Shown one piece after another: positions 38,984 through 48,513 of a DNA stretch of 64,000 nt. The position numbers and the translations under genes are program-made. Each line of letters starts with the position of its first letter. The first letter of the stretch is position 1. The notes under the pieces are model-generated. The model saw only the letters and a list, made by a program, of their open reading frames with translations. It did no database searches and was not told the DNA's origin. The stretch lies in NCBI GenBank assembly GCA_964188305.1, contig OZ076885.1; one strand, given 5' to 3'. The DNA is from Podarcis bocagei (lineage: Eukaryota).

Positions 38984-39961
38984 CTGCTTCCCTCAAACGT
39001 CCAAGAAAACCACATTGATTTCAACAGCCACATTGATTTCAAAGGCTATGTGGTATTTCTCCACTCTCCTATATTCCTGAAGTCTCTTCTTGGGGCCCCT
39101 GGGAAAAAACAAAGATAACCCACACATGACACAGGCAGGTAGGATGACGCTTACATGAGAGCTGCTGGAGGGCAGAGGAAGTATGTGCTGGTTCTCAGAC
39201 TCCCCTTGATATACCTCAGTGCCATTTTCTGCCATGCCTCAGGGTTGATTGATTTACACACACATAAATGCTCATCGCTCGATGGCCGCAGCATCAGATT
39301 GTGATGGTCAGATGTGAATGAGCCATTACATGTCAGACACCTTGGCAAAGACTTCCAGATCACTTCACATTACCTCAGAATGATATAGTGTTATTCAACT
39401 GAGTCAGTTCACACATCTGTCTGCAAGTCACTGGGCCACTCAAAAGCATTTTGGTACCTGAGGTAAATGGTGTGCTGCCATCCCCACCCTCTACCATTAC
39501 ATGTACAGATGCTGACTGGAGTGGCATATCACCACCACCACTATTTATTATTAAGGGAATTTAACTTTAACTCTGGCAATGAGGCAGATGCCCTTCACTG
39601 CACATGAGGGCAGCAAACTAACTTAAGGGCTGAAGGTCAGGCCACATGGTGGACACAGCCCTGTCCTGCAATGCCTCACCACCATTCCCTTTCTGCATCT
39701 TCTGCCAGAAGCAGCCAACTCATTCTGCCTGATGGTAGAGGCCGGTCCTGGCGAATCATCAGGTGTTGAACCAAGTAACTAAGGAATACATACTGATCTG
39801 TAACTGACCCACAGAGCCATGAGGTGATTTGCTTACTCCATTGCAAAACAGGAAAGTGGTTGAGTGCAGTCTGCAGCATAGTACTCAGTGAGGATGCTGA
39901 GGAAATTTCTCAGTGTTTGGGAATGGACTAATCTTCCTGGTTTTCTTCATTTTTTTTTCAG

Positions 39962-40066
39962 GCTCCTGCCAGCATGAAGTCAGTGCTGCAGGCTGGCTGG
40001 CTGTTAACCGTGGCTTTTGGAAATGCGATTGTGCTTGTTGTTGCCCAGGCTGCACCAATGGAACAG
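39962..40066 (+). CDS. SLC15A2: SLC15A2 exon (21)
   Basis: tttcag|...|gtatgg; APASMKSVLQAGWLLTVAFGNAIVLVVAQAAPMEQ. Confidence 0.96.
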
Positions 40067-42376
40067 GTATGGGATAGAATACATTAACCATGGCACTAAG
40101 GCTGGAGTTGTGAGTAACACTCCACAGGACATTCTGATCTGCTTTCAGTACATTTGGCAGCCATTTTTCCAGATCAAGGGTGGGGAAATTAGTGGCTTTT
40201 CATATGTTGTTGGGACTCCAAATCCCATCTTCCTCAGTCAACATAGCGAATTGGCAGGGATGATTGGAGTTCTCAGGTATGTTTTCTATGCTCAGGAGCA
40301 ATCCCTGTCCTGTCCAGTAAAAAGGATTAGGTAGGGGGTGATGGGAAAGGCATTTTCTTTGCATTAGACCCTAGGGAGTTAAAGAAGAGAGTACAGGGTA
40401 AGATGGAAATGGCAGTCACTCACCTATTTATTTCCTAGACCTGGTTTTACTGGTGATTAACCCGGCAATCCCCAATATAGTCAGAAGTAATCTGCTTAAC
40501 CAGTTCACATTGTCCAGTTCACATATTACATTTGTTTACACCAGGGATGGGGATCTGTGTCCCTCCAAATGTCATTGGAATCCAGTTCCCATTTGGCCTA
40601 GCAACCATGGTGAACAATCAGGTATTATGGGAGTTGTATTCCAGCAGCATCTGGAGGGCCACAGGTTCCCCATCTGTGAAACATGAATGCATACCCAAAG
40701 ATGCAGGACTTTCTTCACACAAAGAAAGACATCCTTCTGTTAAGGCAAGAATGCATGTTGTGTCGAAGAGGAACGTTCTAAAATGGGCCATCCTTCCTAT
40801 CACTTTAACTTCTGTAAAGGACGCAGCATATTAGTATGCTGGACAACATTTTCTCTGTTAGTGTGGCACATATGTCAGTGAACACGAGAAGGTGTGGATT
40901 CAGGCATATCCAAAAGAATAGGCACAGCTAGTGCTCTTTTTTGTGATGGCACTCCCTGGTATGGATTACCCTAATGGATGGTATTCACCAGTACAGAGTA
41001 CTATCTCTTTTTTTCTTTTTTGGCTGCCATGACAGTCATTTTGTGCTGCAACCATGATGATCAAGATATGACTACTGGCAATACTTTTTTTTAAACCAAA
41101 AAAAGCACTGGGTACAACCAGTGGAAACCAAATCCTCCTTCCAAGTGCTAATTTAAAATGCTCAGAGAGACTTATAACCTAGATTGTTGCCGACAGTTTA
41201 ATGTGTATGATTAGGACACTTGCCTACCAATGGCCCCAGTATATAGCCCAGAAGTAATGAATGCGGAAATAAGTAACTTGTACAAAGGGGAAGAGATACA
41301 TCACAAAAAATAACTGATTAACCTACATAATGGAGAGAAAGGTCACTGAGCAAATGAGCAATTAACTAATAAAGCAATAGAGCTGACACAACAAGGAGAA
41401 TAGAATGCAATTAGTGTGCCATCCAATTTAGTGTCCTCCCTCACAAATTAATAACATACACACACCAAAAAAAATTAATGCCAGGGCATTTAGTAGAGCA
41501 CATGTGTTGTTCCATTCTGTACCAGTAACAATAGATGTATATTGCTGGAAAATATTCACAGGAAGGACATTGGGGGGGAAAGAAGAAAACTAATTAAACT
41601 AGATTCATTTGACTCTACCTGTCAGCTCACATGATGCATGACCTTGCTTGTATATGACAATATCAAGTTCATGCACACTCAGGCTACAAACCATTCATTT
41701 AAAGCACCTGCCCCACCCCAGATGTCCTGTGAATTGTAGTTCACTCCTCACAGAGCTGTAATTCCCAGCACCCTAAAGAAACCACAGCTCCAAGGATCCT
41801 TTAGTGGTGTGTGTATGCTTTAAATGTGTGTATTTATTCTCATTTTCCAGCATATGAGTGTCTTTTATTGCACAGAAGAACTCCTATGTGCAATTAAGTG
41901 TTTTTAAACTTTGGACATAATGGTGGGTTGGGGGTGGGGCTACTTAGTTGGTAATGTGTATTACTGCACTTACTGCAAAATATGCTGAGCCAGCTCTGCT
42001 GCATTCTGTGGCCATCCAGCTCATTCTGCTGAGTGGGAACCTGGACTTCTGCCCCTTATGGTACATCTGCAACTACAGCTGTTCATGTTATCTCAGTCGT
42101 CTCCCAAACACACATGCACACATGCACATGGGGGAAGGAGGCACACCAGCTATTGGTTAAAGCAAAAAGATCAAATTGTGTCCTATAAATTGCATCTCGT
42201 TTGGCCCTGTCAGAGTTCTGCTCCTCTGTCACTTCCAGGTGCCATATGCAGCTGGTAACTAGAAGTGAAATAGTTTGACTAAGCTTCTATACAGTTGGAA
42301 GAAGATGAATGTGTAAGTGTTGTTGGCAAATAAATATTAATTTTTTGTTTTTTTCAAAACCCTCTTCTTTCTCCAG

Positions 42377-42553
42377 TGGCTCGAGTTTGTCCTCTTTGCT
42401 GCACTGCTCTTTATCGTGTTTATTATTTTCTCCATCATGGGATATTTTTACACCAGCATGGACCCAGAAGAACTCCTTGCCAGAGAGGACCAACAAGGGA
42501 CGTCAAACAGTAAAAATATGATTGGGCTTGTTACCAAGAAAGCAGAGCTATAA
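42377..42553 (+). CDS. SLC15A2: SLC15A2 terminal coding exon (22)
   Basis: ctccag|WLEFVLFAALLFIVFIIFSIMGYFYTSMDPEELLAREDQQGTSNSKNMIGLVTKKAEL*. The 17 exons sum to 1653 nt (550 aa + stop) with no frameshift. Confidence 0.95.
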   Translation, partial: WLEFVLFAALLFIVFIIFSIMGYFYTSMDPEELLAREDQQGTSNSKNMIGLVTKKAEL

Positions 42554-42700
42554 AGGCGGCTGTGGACACTGGCATGGGATTTTGTGGCCTTTCTCTTTTA
42601 ACAAGATGTGGAGGAAATGGATTTATTTTTCATGATGGCATCTCACAAAATATATTATATTCAGGGGAAAGGGCAAAACAGGCTCTTTTAAAGTCGGCTG

Positions 42701-42706
42701 AATAAA
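42701..42706 (+). terminator. Candidate SLC15A2 polyadenylation signal AATAAA (ATTAAA also at 42734-42739)
   Basis: First AATAAA, ~150 nt after the stop; use is not verifiable from sequence alone. Confidence 0.4.
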
Positions 42707-45504
42707 TGTGAACAAACTCCTTGGACATGAAGCATTAAAAATAGATGCAAAGCGGTTTCAAATCTGCCCATTCCTTCCAGCCCCACCAAGCAGTTGGAGT
42801 AGTTATTCTCAAATGTACACAGTGTGGTGAATGACCATCATCTCAAACAATAGGTCGTGTTTATTTGCAAAGTTCTCAAGAAATGAATGAGTGAAACAAC
42901 CTGAAGAGCACACAAGTAATGCATAAAAAAATATTCAAGAAATGCATCAATGGATAAAATCTAAGGGGTGTGTGTGATCAAGTATGTTATAATTCATCCT
43001 TCCTGCTCAGTTCCATTTTTGTGCCAACATGCTATTATAGGCAGACAAAAGCAATAGGTCACAATCCAGAGCGGTTTATGAAGCTTGCTTACCTATGTAT
43101 CTCTGACCGAACCCCACTCTACCTCCAAGAGCCCCTCTTTCAGCAGCTCTCCTCATGCAATCTTCAACCTGATCTTTAAAACAAAACAACTCCCCCAAAG
43201 TTCTTACACTAATGTGGGAGGTGTTGGCGCTGCTGTTTCTGTTGGGACCTGGAATGGTTTTCAACTAAGTTTTACTCAGTGTGTAGTCACATTGAAATTA
43301 ATGCGCATGACTAAGTTAGGTTCATTATTTGCAGTAGGTCTACTCTGAGTACAACATAGTAGAACATCACCCCAAAATGTGGGAACTGGCATTAAGGGGA
43401 AGTTGTTTTTCTCCACCTAATACGAACTACCAAGCAGGATGTTAAACTGAGTCTCACCATTTCCAATGAAAATCAGCTCATACACCTCAGCTGTGCTTTT
43501 TTTTAAGGAAAAAAAGGTGCCATTACTCTCAACGAAGATGTTACAGTATGTGCCACACTTTTAACATCTGGAGAAAAATGGTGCTGGTACATCATACCCT
43601 TGAGCAGCCCCAGAAAAAAAGCGCTACACCTCAGTGTTGGTGTTAGTGCTGTTAAAACAAATCTGGTTCCTAATCACAATATTAACGTAATGTTTGGTTT
43701 GTTTCATAATCCAACATTTTGCAAAGCTGTGTTTCTTTGAATTATCCGCTCATGGAGCATATGCCTGTAAGACTTTCCAGACAGTCTAAGACTCTGGATT
43801 GAGATATTTGTATGCTCTGCTTGCTAAGCTCTGGTGACTTGGCCAGAAGAGTGCTTTGATTTTGTATGTTTTACTGTACATGGATCAACTGATCATAGAT
43901 TGTTGCTTAAGAATATCGCTATTCAAGTAATAAGCTCTTTAAAATGTGACAATTTTTCTGAGCAGAAAACATTTCCACATAGAGAATGGCATGCAAGCCG
44001 TGTGTAACTTTTTATCCATCTGTTCCTTTTATTACAGCAAATTGTCACTCACAGAGTGACTCTTGGACTAGAGAGACCTGAATTCAGACCCTAGTGAGTC
44101 AGTGAAGTATATTGGCTAGATCTGGGTCAGACACAAACTCTCAGTCTATCCTACCTCACAGCCCCAAGTAAGCTGTCTTATGAGACATGGCAGGAAACAA
44201 ATAACAAATATTGCTATGAAGATCCATCAGCACAAATATATGGATTGTAGTGGTTATGTGGAAGTTGAGTAATAGTGATTGCTTTCAGTAGAAACACTTG
44301 CATAGCCTCTCCAGAATTCCACTTCTACTCTGATGCATACACAAAGCTTTTGCATTTGCAAGCTTCCCCATTCACTTCACTGAAGGAACATGATCAGTGT
44401 GCACAACAGATCTAAATTGAGAAGTTATTGAGGATGAAAATATCTGGAGGATGCATCTCTAACAAGCTTCAAAACCCATAAACAATTGCTGGATCAGGAT
44501 ATGTTAAAAGTTGGGGCACAAGAGCACCAAGGTTTACATTACTGTGCAAAAAAAAAAGAAAAAAGTATGTATCTTCTTATCTCTTACCATTCTTCAGGCT
44601 CAGAGGAAGGCAGATAAGAGCATAAATGATGCTTTTGGCTCTTGTAAGAGAATTAATCAGAGATGCATCTATTTCTTTGCAATGTCGAGAAGTGCAACTT
44701 CCAGGAGGCCTGTAATATAATTGTCCAATTTCTCAGCTTGTACAAGCATGAGATATTTTGCTGCTTGAAAGTTATAGCCTCATAATTATTGGCCCAGTTC
44801 TTATGCCTATCCTAGATGGATAGGAATTGCTCTCTCCCTACTACCTTTTGAAAAATACTGGTGGCGGGTAGGGCTCTGCCTGCTTCTCTTTACTTGCTAA
44901 CCCCATCACTCCTCCCCCCACATTAACCACCCAGTGCTTCCCCTTCCTACCCCATGCAACTACTAAACACCCTTTCACCTTCCCAATATATTTTAAGCTA
45001 CTTTCTATTCTACAGCACCACCATTTACACCTTCACCCTTGTATCCATGCCTACCCTTCTCCCTCCTTTTGTGCAACACCCACTTACAGACAGACCACCC
45101 CATGGAAACCCCTTGCATCTTCCTCTTCTCATGTACTGCAACTACTCAGCACCCTTTTCATCTCCTACTCAACTATGAAACCACCATTCCCTCCTATTCA
45201 GCACTCCCTTTTGTACCCTTGCTTTCATCTTCACCCTTATTTCCATGCTTCCTACTCCCTCTTTTTTGCAATTCTAATTTTCACCATCAGCCCTTTCCCC
45301 TGCCCCCTCCTTCCTTTTTTCAACTCTCCCTTGCATCCAGACCAGTCCCATCTCCATGCCACTGCCTCTATCCTATTCTTCAGCCCCCTTTTCACACACA
45401 CCACATGATGATGTATGTGACTGTATCTTTGAGATGCATAGAATCTTAAGAGAAGGAGTCAGTTTGTTCAGCTAGAGCTTAAGTTCAACTGATGGAAGTT
45501 CTTA

Positions 45505-45630
45505 GCTCTATTTTTCTAGAAATAGAGGTGCTGGAACTCACCATGAACACCTCCCTTTTTCCCTTATAAAGGCAATGGCGCCCACCAGAGAGGTGCCAGA
45601 ACTCAGTTCTGATGAGTTTTGGCACAAACA
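45505..45630. mobile_element. hAT-like MITE (inverted related copy ~61720-61860; related ~43490-43625)
   Basis: ttttctagaaatagaggtgctggaactcaccatgaacacctccc...gaggtgccagaactcagttc matches the reverse complement of ~61740-61860. Confidence 0.65.
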
Positions 45631-45749
45631 AACAAACAAACAAACAAACAAACAAACAACCATTCTCTTTAAGGTCCATTCAGAGCTGCTTCTTCTTTAA
45701 ATGGCAATCCACTTAAAGCCTGAGTTGATGTTTGCTCCGACTGTGCGAT

Positions 45750-45764
45750 AAAGAGTGGGTTTTC
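45750..45764 (+). repeat. L1 target-site duplication, 5' copy (3' copy 52499-52513)
   Basis: aaagagtgggttttc is identical on both sides of the element. Confidence 0.93.
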
Positions 45765-46250
45765 GACTTCCGGTTCCGGACGCGAGCAGTGAGGAAGCAC
45801 AGAAAGCCAGCTCTTGGCTTTCTGGGCGCTGTGAGATTGTGGGGAAAGACGCGAGGGCGCAGCGTACCCCGAAACCTCAGGGGGGGAACCCTTGGGGGAG
45901 AGGCCACCTGCAGCGTGGACGCGGTCGACCTATCCCTCTGGGAAAAGAGAACAGAGAGGAACGAGAGAACGGCGACCGCTAGCGCAAACTGGGAAGTGCC
46001 GCCTCACAGCGAAACGCCCAGAGCTTCAGCTGCAACAGCGTCGGAGCTCCTCAAGATAAGAACGGGGTCTCCAGCATGGGAAATTTTCTTTTTTGAAGTG
46101 CTTATTATATATAAGCGCGCAGTTGGCGTGAAGCTAGGAGACGCCCAGGTTTTTTTTTCTTTGTTTGTTTATTTATGGGATTCTCCTCGGCAGCGGAGAC
46201 AAGATGGCGCAGAAGGGGAGCCGCAGGAGTGAGGAGGTCAGTGAATTCAG
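45765..46250 (+). promoter_or_regulatory. L1 internal promoter / CpG-rich 5' region
   Basis: Starts GACTTCCGG (ETS/GABP-type core); dense CpG; YY1-type AAGATGGCG at 46201-46209. Confidence 0.65.
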
Positions 46251-46794
46251 TCTGACTGAATGAGCAAGAGCCGAGTTGATAGTGAATTTGGACTGAATTG
46301 TTTTTTTTTTAATGATTTCAAGGACTAAATTGTATTAAACAATATAACGCCAATTCCGGGGGCAGACAGTGACGGACGCTTTTCCAAGCTCCCCGGTGAG
46401 GTCTCGTTTTGACTACGACGACCCCCCCAATATCATCTACGCTCCTCAAGGATATTTACTCAAGGACAGACGGGTGAGGACTCGCCAAGGGAGGTGCGGT
46501 AGGGGTCTGACCCTCGGTTTGCAGCCTGAGATACGTTAAAGACGCCCAAAGCTGTGACGGTAACAACAGGACAGGTCGCTGTTGCAAACAGCCGGCTATT
46601 GGTGGCGGAAGTCGGACGCTGAGTAATCAACGGTACAGAAGTTTCCCTCTGTTTGTTTATTTGTTTGTTTGTTTTTTTCATGACTGTGCCTGACCTGTGT
46701 GGGGCTGAAGAGGAGGGCATGAAACTCTGAGTGGGAGCCTTGACTGTAATCGGGGGATATCATTGGGATCGCAATCACTTGGTGAGAGGAGACC

Positions 46795-46911
46795 AAAGTG
46801 CGTAAAGTGCTTAAAGTGTTCAAAGTGTCTGAAGTTCCTGAAGTGCTGGAAGTGCCGGAAGTGCTAGAAGTGTTGGAAGCCCCTGAAGCTCCTGAAGTAC
46901 CGGGAGTGAAT
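46795..46911 (+). repeat. 9-bp tandem array (RAAGTGNNN-like, 13 units) in the L1 5'UTR
   Basis: aaagtgcgt aaagtgctt aaagtgttc aaagtgtct gaagttcct gaagtgctg gaagtgccg gaagtgcta gaagtgttg gaagcccct gaagctcct gaagtaccg ggagtgaat. Confidence 0.85.
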
Positions 46912-47405
46912 TAATCAGGACTAAAATTGACTGTATAGGAAAAGAAGTTGTGTAGGACGACCACGTTTCCAATTAGACTCTAATAGACTTTTATAGACGC
47001 TCCACCCCTCTCCCACCTACCATTCCCCCCCCCTTCCCTTCACCCTTCTTCGGAGTGCTGGGCGCTGGACGTGACGCAGGTGAAACTAGGCAAAAAGACT
47101 CGAGGGGAGGACTGAGAGGAGTAGAAGGGGAAAACAAATTAAAGCCAGGAGTGGACTAATCGATGTTTCTGGAACAAGAATTCCCCCCAGGCTTTTAAAG
47201 GGTATATAGAGGGTTTGTCGGTTCTCCCGGGGTATACATGTATTTTGTATGGACATTGGATGGGACAAGATCAGTTATAACATTTACCACCCCAGCAGGC
47301 GCTCTCTGAGGGGAAAGGAGGGAAAGGTCAGGATTATAGGACTATAGGACGAAAAAGGATTATAGGAAAGAACTAACGGTGAATAAAGGGAGTGCGTCAC
47401 AAATA

Positions 47406-48467
47406 ATGATGGGGAAGGAAGGGAGGGACGCAAAGAAAGTCGGTGGGACCCCGGGGGAGAGAAAGACATCACGCCAAGAGGAGATCAAAGATTTAGATAG
47501 CTTATGGTTCAAAATAAAGGAAGAATTTAAACAAAACGAAACATATATAGAAAATAAGCTAGGGGATATGCAAGAACTGATTGACAAAAAAATAGAAGAG
47601 GCAGTAGGAGAGCTCTCATCAAAAATCCAAGACCTGTCAGTAAAATCTAAGATAATTGAGGAGTCTAATAAGAAATTACAGAAAGAAATGAGGGAACAGA
47701 AAAAAGAAACAGGGAGGATGAGGGAAGAGTTGGGGGAGTTAAATAAAGCACAGGACAGGATTTGGGACAATCTTGCTATGGCGGACATGCGTCAAAAGCA
47801 GCTCCATTTAAAATTTAGAGGTGTGGCAGAAGAAAGAAATGAAGATGTCAGGAAGAAAATGATTAAGGAGCTATCTAAATGGTTGGGCCTGGAAGAAGAA
47901 GAGATAGCACTAACAATAGATAACGTATTTAGAATGTCTAGACCACAACATTTAAAACCTAATAAATTTTTGGGAGACTGTCTGGTGATATTTAACTCCT
48001 TAGAAATGAGAAATCTAATTCTAAGGACGAGCTATCGTAATAAACTCAGAATTGAAGGTAGACCCATCATTATCTACAAAGAAATCCCAATCAGACTATT
48101 ACGAAAAAGAGAGGGCTATAGACAAGTGGTCGCGGCTCTAAGGAGGAATGGAATACAATTTAGGTGGGAGTTCCCCGAGGGGATCACCTTCTTCTACAAA
48201 GATAAGAAATTTAAACTGACGGATATACAGGAAACAGAGAAGTTCCTGAGAAGATATGAAAGAGAGCTGGGAAGGACAGAGTATAGACTGCGAGATAGGG
48301 AAGAAACGAAGGGGAATGGTCGGGAGAAGGAAGAGGAGGGGGAGGAGAGCGCGAAAGACCAAGGAGATAGGGGGTCAATCTCAGGAGATGAAGAGGAGGA
48401 AGCCGCAGTGGGAGAAGGGGCGGCTGAGGAGGAGGGGCTCTCAGGAAACAAAGGCGCTAGATTCTAA
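47406..48467 (+). CDS. L1 ORF1p (coiled coil + RRM + CTD) with acidic tail, 353 aa from first ATG
   Basis: ATGATG at 47406; heptad-rich K/E coiled coil; RQKQLHLKFRGVAE (RRM start); LRRNGIQFRWEFP (CTD motif). Confidence 0.9.
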   Translation: MMGKEGRDAKKVGGTPGERKTSRQEEIKDLDSLWFKIKEEFKQNETYIENKLGDMQELIDKKIEEAVGELSSKIQDLSVKSKIIEESNKKLQKEMREQKKETGRMREELGELNKAQDRIWDNLAMADMRQKQLHLKFRGVAEERNEDVRKKMIKELSKWLGLEEEEIALTIDNVFRMSRPQHLKPNKFLGDCLVIFNSLEMRNLILRTSYRNKLRIEGRPIIIYKEIPIRLLRKREGYRQVVAALRRNGIQFRWEFPEGITFFYKDKKFKLTDIQETEKFLRRYERELGRTEYRLRDREETKGNGREKEEEGEESAKDQGDRGSISGDEEEEAAVGEGAAEEEGLSGNKGARF

Positions 48468-48513
48468 TTAGAGCTTTGACCTGAGATAGAGTAGTCGGAG
48501 AACTAAGATAACA

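Noticed and set aside
45039-45449. Pro/Phe/Leu-rich ORFs
   Set aside because: Consequence of a G-poor low-complexity tract with few stop codons; no domain or splice support.
45609-45630. CTGATGA motifs as possible hammerhead ribozyme cores (also ~36207, ~53560)
   Set aside because: No accompanying stem II plus GAAA and closing helices are visible.
45732-46232. 166-aa ORF over the L1 5' end (possible extra ORF)
   Set aside because: It starts at a TTG outside the element, crosses the TSD, and lies in GC-rich sequence where stops are rare.
46795-46911. Periodic array as a CRISPR-like structure
   Set aside because: 9-bp contiguous units with no unique spacers, in a eukaryotic LINE UTR.
47360-47788. 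Antisense ORFs within L1 ORF1/ORF2 and BovB (e.g. 59508-59963)
   Set aside because: Shadow frames of the sense coding sequence.
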